From NCBI GenBank assembly GCA_001643675.2, contig LSRY02000001.1:2232001-2296000 (forward strand): DNA of 64,000 nucleotides, in the 5' to 3' direction. Of the stretch, positions 25,848 to 39,631 are shown one piece after another. The notes below the pieces were generated by a model. That model made no database searches and was not told the origin of the DNA. It saw only the letters and a program-made list of their open reading frames with translations. This stretch comes from Monocercomonoides exilis PA203. Its lineage: Eukaryota > Protista > Preaxostyla. The translations under genes and the position numbers were made by a program. The stretch's first letter is position 1. Each line of letters begins with the position of its first letter.

Positions 25848-26821
25848 CGGTATTTGAAACAGAATGAATACAACATAAAAATACATAAAGCAAACTTTTA
25901 CACGTTAATTTTACTATTTTTGATAGAACCAAAAATTTTTAGTTACAATTTTCGTATTTGATGAAGATCAAAAATTATTTTTTAAAAGGTTTTGATCATT
26001 TGTTTTGCTCATTTTTGACCAACTCTCTTTCTTTGTTTATTTTCAATTATAAGTTCAAGAAACATACATAATGAAGTTTCAGTATTCGAAATGTTCTATG
26101 TTTGTATCTTTTTTTTCGAATGTTTTTTACATTTCATCATTTTTGACAATCAATTTGAAAAAATGAAAATATTGAGCTGTCCAATAATTTTTACATGTTA
26201 AAATCGAAGTGCATGAAAAGAAAAATGAAAAGATGAAGTATTTTCAATGTTAAAAATTTGTGAAATGTTGTTGCTCAAAAAGCACACATCAATTTTTGAA
26301 TATTTCAAATATGCTTATTTCATATAAAATAAAATTTCTCACAATTAATTATGAAGAACTTCAATGAATAATTATCGTTTAATATTATTTCTTAACATAT
26401 AATTTTTTATGTTATAAACAAGCACAGAATTTTTCATTTTTTCAAATTGATTGTCAAAAATGATGAAATGTAAAAAACATTCGAAAAAAAAGATACAAAC
26501 ATAGAACATTTCGAATACTGAAACTTCATTATGTATGTTTCTTGAACTTATAATTGAAAATAAACAAAGAAAGAGAGTTGGTCAAAAATGAGCAAAACAA
26601 ATGATCAAAACCTTTTAAAAAATAATTTTTGATCTTCATCAAATACGAAAATTGTAACTAAAAAATTTTTGGTTCTATCAAAAAATAGTAAAATTAACGT
26701 GTAAAAGTTTGCTTTATGTATTTTTATGTTGTATTCATTCTGTTTCAAATACCAAAAAAAAAAAAAAAAAAAAAAAAAATAACCGGGTTTATGAAAATGT
26801 TCAGGTTTATAAATCACCCTG
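25764..26821. mobile_element. Foldback non-autonomous element with about 400-bp inverted arms and pogo-family termini
   Basis: 25768-~26170 is the reverse complement of ~26430-26817; right end reads TA+CAGGGTGATTTATAAACCTGAAC on the minus strand, matching the TIRs of the DDE_1 elements. Confidence 0.85.
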
Positions 26822-27144
26822 TATTTATATTTGCTTTAAATAGAGATTTTTTCCAACAATTCACAAAAAGGGAAATATTCATCTAAACAGTTCTCATTGC
26901 GATAAAAACATATTCAAAAAGTTGTATTCAAGGTGCAATTATCAATGTTATAATTTCATAGGGAAGAATATCACATTATTTCGCATTTTAATTGACGTTT
27001 AACAAAATTCAAAAAGAAAATAATTTCTCATATATTGAATCAATCATTATAATATATCTTTCGTTGCTTTCAACTTTTCATTTGCTTTTTTATTTATCCT
27101 TTTTTTTTCATTTCAGCTCATCGGTCTAAGAAACTCTGTTCAAT

Positions 27145-28213
27145 TCATTTCCATCCACTTAAAAGCAAAGATCTATTGTGGCTGAATGGGATTTGTGATT
27201 GGAATGTGGATGCTTTGCTTGTGCCACCGATTGAGTTGCCTGCAGGCGAGCATGGGGATCTGAAGATGCTTCTTGTAGCTGGAGCAGTGCAGCAGTTGTA
27301 TCTTTGTTCAACGCATTTAACATTCTCCGTTTTTTTCAACTGGAGCAGCCATCCGATAAGCTTTTCCATTCCGGAGGAGGAGAAGAAAGAGAATTAGGCA
27401 GCAGGGGATGATAAGCCATCTTCATTTTCATCTTCTTCATTAGCACCTGCAATTGACCCTTCAGATGCCTAGGTGGTGGTGGCGTCAAACAAATCGGCTG
27501 GAGAGATGGACGACATCGTGAGGCGGCTGGGGTGTATGAAAATCACAGACAGTTGTTTCTGAGAGCGATGCAGACATTTCAGGGTTAAGTTATGGAGCAT
27601 GGGGCGACGCTTCGAGCTACGCTTGTGGAGCCGCTCCAGCTGCTTGAAGCGCCTTTGAAAATAAAGTCGGGGATCCTGCGGATTTTTACGAAGAATATTC
27701 TGGAGGAGGTTAATCAATCGTATGTAGAGATTGAATTAGCATTGATGGATAAGTTTGAAGCCGCAGAAGAAATGAGAGAAGAAGAAGAAGTTGGAGGAGA
27801 AGCTGATATTGGAGCAGAGGAGTCTGGAGTTCATTATGATGCTGTAGAGGATCCGGTGCTATAAGCGGACATATTTGCATACAGTAAGATTGACAGGTCA
27901 GTTGCTGAAGAAGAACAAGTTGATCCTGATGAAATAGAGGAAGACAGTGGAGCCGAGCGAAAAGAGCAACGCATAGGTGAAGGATCCGCAAGAACAATTG
28001 GTTGAATGAAGGAGATGGAGGAGCTGATAGATGGAGGGGTTGAAAAGGAGTAGCATTGGAAGAGTAAAAACAGGGCCGAGTGGAAACTGCAAGAAGTCTC
28101 TGGCAAAGTCAGACGAGCTGGTTGCCACGACTTCTTTGTTGGACTATTCGGAAAGATGGATAATTTACTCTTCGGTTTTAAGTCTTTGCGACATACAGAA
28201 TTTGTCAAATTGA
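27145..28213 (+). pseudogene. Disrupted gene whose 5' part is paralogous to 48030-48400
   Basis: NWSSHPISF..EEKK..AGDDKPSS..PAIDPSD..AS..SA..M..IVRRL aligns with NWSSALIFF..EEKKSAGDDKSSS..PVIDFSD..ASHASASVMHSIERRL. Confidence 0.5.
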
Positions 28214-28642
28214 TTCGACAATTCGACCTGCAATAGGATTCATAACCCTTTTAAGAAACAATTTTTTTTTTTATTTTTTAAATAAATATAATTTTATTTC
28301 GACAATCTATTAAGTTCTTATTTATTTTGTGAATGACTTCAATGAATTGTTAAAATTGAAAAAACGCACAAAATATTTTTTTATTGACGGATCGACAGAT
28401 CTTTTCGACTTGAGCATGTCTGGACCAGTCTGTTTGTCGAGATCATTAGAAAAATGAACGAAATAACTAAAAATGATTTTATAAAAGAATTGCCATTGGA
28501 ATTACAACGATACTTGTCAGCGAAAAATATTGTTTGGCAATCTTATTTAATCCAAGCATGCATAATTATTTCTTTTGCAAAAATTTTGTTCTTTGAAGCT
28601 CGAAGCGTTTGAAAGAAAGGTTGAGTCATTGAAAAACAATGA

Positions 28643-29046
28643 ATGCACATTCGTAGAATTAGAAAGAATAAGTATTTTAAACAGTGGAAATTGAATATCT
28701 TTCATTTAACTTTTTTTAATTTGCATATATCTTTTCAAAAATTAGTCTACAAACACCCAAACAATACTGGAGAAGAAATTGGAAAGATTCACTTTAAAAT
28801 ATGCGATGGAGAGCTTTGGTTGGCATATACTCCTGTGAAGATGGACGGATCATTAAAAAAAGATGGACACATTAATTTCTTGTGTCCAAACAGCAAACAC
28901 GGTATTAATTGTGCCATCTCCGGAAGAAAAGGATGTGACAAAGTTACAAATCATCGATGCGCATTGACGACTGCATCTTCTATTTTGCCATATTTCTAGT
29001 TTCATCCATCTTCGACAAGTATTTCCGAAGCACATTCAAATAAAAT
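28643..29046 (+). mobile_element. 5' fragment of a hAT transposase (Zn-finger-like N-terminus), truncated by the palindrome
   Basis: YKHP..LWLAYTP...DG..KKD..FLC..KHGINCAISGRK...VTNHRC aligns with YCHP..LFIAFAP..KD..KKD..FMC..KDGVACGVTGRK...IFNHKC of the 40859 transposase. Confidence 0.65.
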
Positions 29047-32000
29047 GCATATGTGTATTTTAAGTCCTTTTCCAATTCTTGATTATTCATTAAAACATTA
29101 TGATAAATAAAAAGTTGAATTATTAATATAACATTTGTATGGACTGGAATTTTGAAATTCTTTTTAATCCTTGAGAAAAAACTTTTTTTTAAAATGACCC
29201 ATTAATATGATTATTTTTCCAAAAAATAAATTAAACAAGATAATTTTGAAATAAAAAGTAGATGGAATGTTATTAATTGTAATATTGTCCTATTTTAATA
29301 ATAATATTTTGAGAAACAAAACATTAAAAAAAAAAATTAAAAAATTAATATATTTTGATCAATCACACAATTATGTTTCAAATAATTAGAAAATTAATTC
29401 ATGCTTTATTGTATGATCAGTTGTGCAAACGTGCACATATAGACCTTGATTTTTATTTGCATCAAGTGATATATACATGAGAGATAATTAACCTTTTGAT
29501 TCACGAAAAACAGCCTTGCAATACTATTTTGACTTTCAAAGTGAATTCATGTTCATCTTTGAAGTATTTATGTTTTGAAAATGCGTTCTAATGGATTTCA
29601 TATATTTGTTATTGTTTTGTTTATAATAAAATTTCTTCTATGTTTATTTGATATGTTTCAATATTCTTCTCTTCTTTTTATAGTTTTTCAACGAGCTATT
29701 GAAATACATTCGATTAAATTTCTTCATTGTCAATTACTTTTTGTATTTACAAAACAAATTCGCATCTTAAACACAAATTGATTTTTTTGAATTACTTCTT
29801 TGAAAAGATCTAAAAAAAAATTTATACAAACATTTCATATTCATGTTTCACAATCATTTTTCATATTTTCTATCAGTTCATTGAAAAAAAGCGTGTTCTT
29901 TTAATTCTTCGGCCTTTCCATTACATGCTGGGTTATTTGAGAGCTCAAAAAACAACATTTAAAACTTTATTATTAAAATGATAACAGAATAACAGAATAA
30001 ACAACATTTCCTTCAAAAAAAGTTTCAGCATCCTTCTTTGCATTTTTCTTTTTGCCATCCTCAACTTCTCATCTTGTGGCATCTCCATTGCAACCATCTC
30101 GAATTCCTTCGGATCTTTTCTGATGTTATCATTCACAATCTCTGTCAAATCTGCTGCTTCGTTCTTGAATTTCTTCCATCGAACAGCCAGAACAACAAAC
30201 ACAACAAGAACAATCAGCAAAAAGATATCCATGATTATAACAACCAATAACAAATACGATTTCCATCATTTTCTCCTTCAACAAACCTTTCATCCACATT
30301 TGCCTTAGGATAACTTCTGTTCTTCAGAATGGAAGAATAGGAAAAACTCGGAAATGAAGGATCTCCACATTGAAGCTACACAGAAACTTCTGTTTCATCT
30401 TCGATATTTCCCAGCTTTTCTGTTGGCATCCATGAGCTAACTTCATTCTCTGAGATTAACTTATCTGTGTAAAAACAGTATTTCTTAACCTGCTCTTCAC
30501 TTTCCCAACTGAAAACTTATATTATCATCAGATTGCAAGTCAAAAGAAGCTGTCCTTTTGTCTTCAGCTATGCTGCAATTCTCTCTTCTTCTTCTTTTAT
30601 CTCTTTCTCAAGCAGGGGAAGATAAAATGCTTATTCTCTTTCTTCAGCTATCCCTCCCACAATACGTCCTTTATTAAGAATCCACATCAAAACGTTGAAA
30701 AACACCCCATATTTTCCTTTCTTATTCAATATATCCAGCAATCCTGCGCTCCGCACTATATGTTTCTTTTTTCCGATTGGTATCTCGATATGCCTGGACT
30801 GCTGTTCACAAACTCTCCTTTCTCAATAGTCACAGATCCTCCACTCACCGTCAATCCTCCCTCGGCTGAATTGGAATGATTTTTTCTCTCATTTTCATAT
30901 AACAACTTATTGGTTCCAAGGCAAAATTATTCCACTTGCATATCTCATTCATATTAAATTTTCCATTTGCATTTCCATTTGCATTTCTTTCCTTTTCAGA
31001 CTCTCTTTCATTCGTTTTGCCATCAAAAATGCAGCTCTCAATCACTGTATTTGCACTCTCCATCACAGATATGAATTTTCTCTTTCCCTCTCTATTTGTT
31101 ACAAGAACATTTCTCAATGAACAATTCTTTAGCTGTACCATTTATTTTTTTTCTAACATGATATTAATGATGCGCAATTTTCAGACGATGTAATGTTTGC
31201 TTCACTCATTTTTGTTATTACAACTGCTCTCCTTTAACTGCATCAATAAGGCTTGATACCATCGTGAGATCATAAAAGTTACACGAAATCAAGGAAAGGA
31301 TTGCAGATTGAAGCATACAGACAGCTGAATTTAAGAGTGAAAGATCTGATACCACGCAGCCCTCAAGCAAGCATTCACCTCTCTTGTCTCGCACAATGCA
31401 GAATGGAATGCTCGATTGCACATGTTCTCCAATTCCCTCTGTGACTTTGGTGCTGAATGTGCAGTTGTCACTTCCAGCAATCCTCCTTCATAGAAAAGAA
31501 AAATAGTATGCGATGAAACAAATTCAGGCTCAAACACAAATTTCAGTCTTGAAATTGACACAGCGCTTGTTGTTTCTATCAGAGCCTCTCAGGAACAATT
31601 GATTGCAAAACACACTTCCACATTGCACAATCCTCGACCTATCAAACTCGGACTCGTCTCTTCCAGCTGCAATTCTCCGTTTATCACACTTGCTCCATCT
31701 GCAAATACGAGGCTCATGAACTCAGAAGTCAGGCGCATCAACCCTTAATCAATCGAATAGCTCGGAAGAGTGTATGAACCACACTGACGCTCATTCGACC
31801 CATTTTTCATCTACGTAACAATCGTATCACTTTGATGGATCGAACTTCAATTAGCTTTGTTTCATTTAAATAGTCATTCTCATCTCTTCTATGTTTAACA
31901 CAACTGCGATTGGTAAGTCCTTCAAGAAGATCAAACCAAAATTTTCTTTCGTTGATCTGTGATGCAATGTTGATGCTTTCGATGGAAATATCTTTTCTAA

Positions 32001-35000
32001 TTTTTACATTATTTGCTCTAAACTGGATTTCAACAAACATGTAATTTGGAAATCCCATTTCTTTTATCTCCAAATACACTCTTCTCATTTTTCCTGTGCT
32101 GTGGTTATTGCATCCATAAAATTCTGCCTTTTCATTTAACATCCATCTTATTTCAGAGAAGATAAAAGAAATTTTTGTGTGTTTTGTCAAAAATTTAAAT
32201 AAAACAATGTTAATAATTCAAAAGAATGTTTCGCACTCTATGTTAGTGCTTCTTTATTCGTTGTCAAAGTGTTTTAATAATAGTGTCCTCCCACTGCATA
32301 AATATGATCAGCTTAAAAATCAAAATCAAAATTCATTAAGGATCAAATGAAATTTTAATAATCTTTCATTTGATCCTTAATGAATTTTGATTTTGATTTT
32401 TAAGCTGATCATATTTATGCAGTGGGAGGACACTATTATTAAAACACTTTGACAACGAATAAAGAAGCACTAACATAGAGTGCGAAACATTCTTTTGAAT
32501 TATTAACATTGTTTTATTTAAATTTTTGACAAAACACACAAAAATTTCTTTTATCTTCTTCTGAAATAAGATGGATGTTAAATGAAAAGGCAGAATTTTA
32601 TGGATGCAATAACCACAGCACAGGAAAAATGAGAAGAGTGTATTTGGAGATAAAAGAAATGGGATTTCCAAATTACATGTTTGTTGAAATCCAGTTTAGA
32701 GCAAATAATGTAAAAATTAGAAAAGATATTTCCATCGAAAGCATCAACATTGCATCACAGATCAACGAAAGAAAATTTTGGTTTGATCTTCTTGAAGGAC
32801 TTACCAATCGCAGTTGTGTTAAACATAGAAGAGATGAGAATGACTATTTAAATGAAACAAAGCTAATTGAAGTTCGATCCATCAAAGTGATACGATTGTT
32901 ACGTAGATGAAAAATGGGTCGAATGAGCGTCAGTGTGGTTCATACACTCTTCCGAGCTATTCGATTGATTAAGGGTTGATGCGCCTGACTTCTGAGTTCA
33001 TGAGCCTCGTATTTGCAGATGGAGCAAGTGTGATAAACGGAGAATTGCAGCTGGAAGAGACGAGTCCGAGTTTGATAGGTCGAGGATTGTGCAATGTGGA
33101 AGTGTGTTTTGCAATCAATTGTTCCTGAGAGGCTCTGATAGAAACAACAAGCGCTGTGTCAATTTCAAGACTGAAATTTGTGTTTGAGCCTGAATTTGTT
33201 TCATCGCATACTATTTTTCTTTTCTATGAAGGAGGATTGCTGGAAGTGACAACTGCACATTCAGCACCAAAGTCACAGAGGGAATTGGAGAACATGTGCA
33301 ATCGAGCATTCCATTCTGCATTGTGCGAGACAAGAGAGGTGAATGCTTGCTTGAGGGCTGCGTGGTATCAGATCTTTCACTCTTAAATTCAGCTGTCTGT
33401 ATGCTTCAATCTGCAATCCTTTCCTTGATTTCGTGTAACTTTTATGATCTCACGATGGTATCAAGCCTTATTGATGCAGTTAAAGGAGAGCAGTTGTAAT
33501 AACAAAAATGAGTGAAGCAAACATTACATCGTCTGAAAATTGCGCATCATTAATATCATGTTAGAAAAAAAAATAAATGGTACAGCTAAAGAATTGTTCA
33601 TTGAGAAATGTTCTTGTAACAAATAGAGAGGGAAAGAGAAAATTCATATCTGTGATGGAGAGTGCAAATACAGTGATTGAGAGCTGCATTTTTGATGGCA
33701 AAACGAATGAAAGAGAGTCTGAAAAGGAAAGAAATGCAAATGGAAATGCAAATGGAAAATTTAATATGAATGAGATATGCAAGTGGAATAATTTTGCCTT
33801 GGAACCAATAAGTTGTTATATGAAAATGAGAGAAAAAATCATTCCAATTCAGCCGAGGGAGGATTGACGGTGAGTGGAGGATCTGTGACTATTGAGAAAG
33901 GAGAGTTTGTGAACAGCAGTCCAGGCATATCGAGATACCAATCGGAAAAAAGAAACATATAGTGCGGAGCGCAGGATTGCTGGATATATTGAATAAGAAA
34001 GGAAAATATGGGGTGTTTTTCAACGTTTTGATGTGGATTCTTAATAAAGGACGTATTGTGGGAGGGATAGCTGAAGAAAGAGAATAAGCATTTTATCTTC
34101 CCCTGCTTGAGAAAGAGATAAAAGAAGAAGAAGAGAGAATTGCAGCATAGCTGAAGACAAAAGGACAGCTTCTTTTGACTTGCAATCTGATGATAATATA
34201 AGTTTTCAGTTGGGAAAGTGAAGAGCAGGTTAAGAAATACTGTTTTTACACAGATAAGTTAATCTCAGAGAATGAAGTTAGCTCATGGATGCCAACAGAA
34301 AAGCTGGGAAATATCGAAGATGAAACAGAAGTTTCTGTGTAGCTTCAATGTGGAGATCCTTCATTTCCGAGTTTTTCCTATTCTTCCATTCTGAAGAACA
34401 GAAGTTATCCTAAGGCAAATGTGGATGAAAGGTTTGTTGAAGGAGAAAATGATGGAAATCGTATTTGTTATTGGTTGTTATAATCATGGATATCTTTTTG
34501 CTGATTGTTCTTGTTGTGTTTGTTGTTCTGGCTGTTCGATGGAAGAAATTCAAGAACGAAGCAGCAGATTTGACAGAGATTGTGAATGATAACATCAGAA
34601 AAGATCCGAAGGAATTCGAGATGGTTGCAATGGAGATGCCACAAGATGAGAAGTTGAGGATGGCAAAAAGAAAAATGCAAAGAAGGATGCTGAAACTTTT
34701 TTTGAAGGAAATGTTGTTTATTCTGTTATTCTGTTATCATTTTAATAATAAAGTTTTAAATGTTGTTTTTTGAGCTCTCAAATAACCCAGCATGTAATGG
34801 AAAGGCCGAAGAATTAAAAGAACACGCTTTTTTTCAATGAACTGATAGAAAATATGAAAAATGATTGTGAAACATGAATATGAAATGTTTGTATAAATTT
34901 TTTTTTAGATCTTTTCAAAGAAGTAATTCAAAAAAATCAATTTGTGTTTAAGATGCGAATTTGTTTTGTAAATACAAAAAGTAATTGACAATGAAGAAAT

Positions 35001-35671
35001 TTAATCGAATGTATTTCAATAGCTCGTTGAAAAACTATAAAAAGAAGAGAAGAATATTGAAACATATCAAATAAACATAGAAGAAATTTTATTATAAACA
35101 AAACAATAACAAATATATGAAATCCATTAGAACGCATTTTCAAAACATAAATACTTCAAAGATGAACATGAATTCACTTTGAAAGTCAAAATAGTATTGC
35201 AAGGCTGTTTTTCGTGAATCAAAAGGTTAATTATCTCTCATGTATATATCACTTGATGCAAATAAAAATCAAGGTCTATATGTGCACGTTTGCACAACTG
35301 ATCATACAATAAAGCATGAATTAATTTTCTAATTATTTGAAACATAATTGTGTGATTGATCAAAATATATTAATTTTTTAATTTTTTTTTTTAATGTTTT
35401 GTTTCTCAAAATATTATTATTAAAATAGGACAATATTACAATTAATAACATTCCATCTACTTTTTATTTCAAAATTATCTTGTTTAATTTATTTTTTGGA
35501 AAAATAATCATATTAATGGGTCATTTTAAAAAAAAGTTTTTTCTCAAGGATTAAAAAGAATTTCAAAATTCCAGTCCATACAAATGTTATATTAATAATT
35601 CAACTTTTTATTTATCATAATGTTTTAATGAATAATCAAGAATTGGAAAAGGACTTAAAATACACATATGC
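29047..35671. repeat. Giant near-perfect inverted repeat: arms 29047-32352 and 32364-35671, 11-nt spacer
   Basis: Mirror-image ORFs on both strands; centre GATCAAATGAAA-ttttaataatc-TTTCATTTGATC; outer ends GCATATGTGTA / TACACATATGC; arm lengths differ by 2 nt. Confidence 0.97.
32575..34773 (+). pseudogene. Decayed single-pass membrane/surface protein family member (mirror copy at 29945-32190 on the minus strand)
   Basis: Beta-helix-like fragments (VIESCIFDG, ICKWN), then a TM helix followed by VRWKK..EIVNDNIRKDPKEFEMVAMEM; many stops. Confidence 0.6.
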
Positions 35672-36542
35672 CTACCCATCCTGCTGCTCTTGTTCGGCTT
35701 TCATAGCTTCTCCTTCATGAGAAAGAGCGGGGTATGCAACGAAGAAACTTCTGACCTGCTCCTCCTTTTGACGGCACATGAACTGGGCTGGATGAATAAA
35801 AATCCCTTTTTTCCTTTATAGCCTCAAGCATTGCTTCAAAACTCCTGTGTCTCCTTCTTGAACTGGACAATTCAGTTTCTAGCTCATATTTTTTCTGGAT
35901 CTTTTCCTGTCCCGATGTCGACAACCCAGCCGCTGCTTCTGCTCTTATCTTTTCCGCTGCTTTAAACCCAAACCTTCCTTGAATTCGTGTATTTCTGGCC
36001 TCCTGGAAAGTTTTTGCTTCGAGTATAAGCGTATTTGAAACTCTCTGTCGTGCACTTTCCTTGTTGGAATCCATTTCGGCATAGCAAAACATAACGGCTT
36101 TGAACGCTTGACACAGGCACATCTTCTGCTTATATCCTGCGCTTTCAAGTGCATCGTTGATCCAATTTTAGTATTTTGCAACTGGAGGAGGCATAGGTGG
36201 AAATAAGGGGCTCAAATCGTGTAAGGAATATTCCTGTTGAATTGTTTCCACTGAGAAAATAGAAATTTGAATGTCGAGAAAAGATTTGACAGCATCCTAT
36301 CCAAAAACTTCTTCAAAAACAGATTTTTCTATTTCGTGAATATTTTCTTCTTCTTCTCATCCAAACTTTTCTTTAACTGGAAGTTGATTTTCCGATCCTG
36401 CAGAATGGTTGATAAACGGCGGAGAAAGGAGCTGTGACTGCGATTGAATGTTCATCTGGCTTTGCCTCCTACCTGGCAGTCCGGCTGCTTCGGTCGACGG
36501 CGTAATTCCAAGAAATGTTGAGAATTGAGACAATTGCGACAT
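35672..36542 (-). mobile_element. Possible DIRS-type gag-like ORF remnant, truncated at the palindrome junction
   Basis: GC-richer helical ORF pieces ending in an Arg/Ser-rich tract; no diagnostic motif, so the assignment is by resemblance only. Confidence 0.3.
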
Positions 36543-36794
36543 TGATCCGATCGTTGTAATGAACCAATGATCGTGATCTCAAACAAATAGAAGGAATTAA
36601 ATTGACATTTTAGAAAATAAAAATGCAAAGGTGCTTTTAAAAAAAAAATGAAAAAACATGAAAATTATGTGGAGATGAGAAACAAGAAATGATGATTGTT
36701 TAATGGTTAAAGCGATTCAGGTTCAAATTTCGCAACATATATTATTTTTTGTTTTTTATATCAAAGAAAGTTTTTCAACATTTCTCTCAAATTT

Positions 36795-37034
36795 GTGTGA
36801 TAATTTCTTAAATCATAACTTTTTTTAAAAGATTGTTTGTCAATGGGATATGTTTTTGTGTACAGATGATAAAATTATCACAACTGTTTCAAAAACAAGT
36901 TTTATAACCGAATCAAAGATAAAAATGTCTTCTATAATCCTTTTCACTTTTCATTGTTCATTGGTTAATATTCAAATGAAATTTCTGAACCGAAAATTTT
37001 GAAAGAAAAAATATGCTTTCAAAAATAATCACCC
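36795..37034. mobile_element. MITE family B, copy 1
   Basis: Ends G.GTGATAATTT ... AAAATAATCACCC; ATTT on both flanks; inverted relative to copies 2 and 3. Confidence 0.7.
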
Positions 37035-37465
37035 ATTTAGTTCAATAAATTAAAAACAATTCATGGAAATTTTGTAACTGATTTTTGCTTTTTTGAAAAA
37101 AATAAACACAAACAGTTGCATGCTTGATCAATGTTTGAAAAACAATCATCTGTTATATTCTGATTGAAAAGTCGAAAATGTTTAATTTTCGAGTTTTCAT
37201 TATTATTGATTGTTCTAATCCAACTTTTGTTCAATCTTCCTTTCAATCTCTGGAATGGTGTTGATGATATTGTCAAGTGCTAAGTATAATTCCATTTAAT
37301 TTTCGAGAAAGTGAACAGAAATAGTGTCAAAAAAAATACATTTTTATTTATTTTTATAGTTAATTAAATTGAAAATTTCAAAAATATTTACACATCAAAA
37401 AAGAATTATTTTTTGACAGATTCACATTTCATTAGTTTTTCCGAAACAAATATCATTGAAAATAT

Positions 37466-37722
37466 GGGTGATTATTTTTGAAATCATATTTTTTCTTTCA
37501 AAAATTTCGGTTCGAAAATTTCACTTGAATATCAACAAAAGAACACGAAAAAATGAAAAGGCTAATAGAAGAAATCATCATCATCATTTGAGTTGAAACA
37601 TTTATTTTTGATACAGTTGTTATGAATTTAGCATTTTCAAACAAAATAATTCTTCCAAAAACAAACATTTAAAAAAAAAATAAACATCCCAAAAAAAGTC
37701 ATGATTACGAAAATAATCACCC
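37466..37722. mobile_element. MITE family B, copy 2
   Basis: GGGTGATTATTTTTGAAATCAT ... ATGATTACGAAAATAATCACCC; flanks ATAT / ATAA. Confidence 0.75.
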
Positions 37723-37765
37723 ATAAGTTTCACAAAAACTTAAAATATAATTATTGTTAATGATT

Positions 37766-38022
37766 GGGCGATTATTTTTCAAAATTTATTTTTTCATTCA
37801 AAATTCTCGATTTATAAATTTACCTTGAATATTAATAAATGAATACAAAAAAAGTGAAATGGTGTGTTTGAGACATCTTCATCTTTATTTCAGATATCAC
37901 ATTTGTTTTTGAAACAATTGTCATGCTATTTCTCTTTTGACTTTATAATCTCTTCCCAATAATCAACAACCTTTGAAAAATCAATACCCCAAAAAAAGTT
38001 ATGATTTCAAAAATGATCACCC
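37766..38022. mobile_element. MITE family B, copy 3
   Basis: GGGCGATTATTTTTC ... AAAATGATCACCC; collinear with copy 2. Confidence 0.7.
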
Positions 38023-38249
38023 AAATGTTAATTACCGAGATGTGCATTTATGAAAACAAATATTGTTCGTTTTTGTATTAAAAGAATTGAGTTGGCAGAA
38101 AACAAGAAATCAAAATATCGTTGTTCAACAGATTGGATTTCTTTTAGAATGCTGCTGTTTGATTAAACAGTGAATCAATAAACTGTCTGATTAAAGCTCA
38201 TTAAAATAATTGCAGATTTCTGCATTTTGATTGCTTTCTGAAAGAAAAA

Positions 38250-39216
38250 ATGCTTTGCAGAAGTTTTATTGATTTGTTTCACAAGATATACATCCTGAAT
38301 GCGCAATTCACTTTTAGACTTTGGCTTTGTTGACTGAAAAAGGAACTTATATGTATTGGATGTGCAACAAATGCAACAAAAAACGGACAGTTTTCAAAAA
38401 TACGAGATTGGAAAACAACAAAATCGGTTTGGTAAAATTCTTATTAATCATTTAATTACAATGGTGAGGGCTAATGCAAACTCAGATAAGCTCAATTATA
38501 CAAGTTGATACAAAAATTGTGGGATATTGGAGTAGTGTTTTACGTGTTGAGTGCATGAATATCATTAATCGAAACCCAATTATGATAAGTAGTGTTATTA
38601 AAACAGTTGAAATCGACAAATGTGTTTGGAGTAGAAGAAAGTCTAAGAGAGGCAAAAGAAAAAAGCAGATATAAATATTTTGGGGAATTGAAAGAAATGA
38701 AGAAAAGAAATTTACAAAAAGAAGATTTGTTTTCATTGTTCCTGACCGAAGTGCCGAAACACTTGTTCCTTTAGTCAAATCTCATATCCATCCAGGAACC
38801 ACAATAATGAGCGATGAATGGCGTGCGTACAGCAGCTTGAAGGATCATGGCCACATTCATCAAACAGTTAATCATTCAAAAATTTTGTTGATTCAATTAT
38901 GCAGGCATGACCAAATGCAGCAAAAGGAATGTGGTCACATCTGAGATCTTTTTTTCCAAGATTTGGCATTAGGGAAAAATATATTGGAGACTATCTTTCT
39001 TTTTGGATGGTGAAAAAAACGGTGAAAGTTTCTTTTTTGGATATTGTGGGATATATTGTCTATGGAAAAAAAAACGAAAGAGAAAACGAAGAAGAATTAG
39101 AAGAAATTGAAAATTACGTTCAAAAAATTGATGATATGGGGGAAAATACGGACTTTCAAGCTTTTTATGCACAAAGCACAAAAAAAATGTTTCACTTATA
39201 CCATTTTTTTAACTAA
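38250..39216 (+). pseudogene. Merlin (ISXO2-like) transposase pseudogene, second family member
   Basis: YWMCNKCNKKRTVFKNT, TVEIDKCVWSRRK, IFGGIER, VPDRSAETLVP, PGTTIMSDEWRAYSSL..HQTVNHS, MWSHLRSFFPR; stops and frameshifts. Confidence 0.8.
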
Positions 39217-39631
39217 ACAAGACTTCAAAATAAATTAGATTTTTATAACTGTAAACAAACATCATTGATATAATAACGTTACGTTTTGTGAGCTTAAACG
39301 CATTTCAAAAAATGAACCTATTTTTTCAAATTTTTTGATCACTGAAAGTTCATCCAAGGTTCATAATTTTTCAATGAAAATGCCTGAAGTCAAATATTTT
39401 GTCCCGTATTGATAATATATATGTTCCAGAAGATGATAATACTCCAAGCGTCGAGATTTCAAAAGTGGAAAAATCTTCAAATAGGAGCGAAAACAAATAT
39501 ATAATTAATATATTTTTGATCAAAACCGTTTATGATATTATTTAAATAATATTTTTCTTCTCTTATGTAAAAATAATCATCAATTTGGCATTCATTGAAC
39601 TTAAAAATTGTGAAATAACAAGTGACCACTT

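Noticed and set aside
29047-35671. Palindrome as a giant foldback transposon
   Set aside because: No TSD, no TIR similarity to any element here, and the two flanks are not halves of one interrupted sequence
36795-38022. CRISPR-like or satellite array
   Set aside because: The units are about 250-bp TIR-bounded elements in mixed orientation, not short repeats with unique spacers
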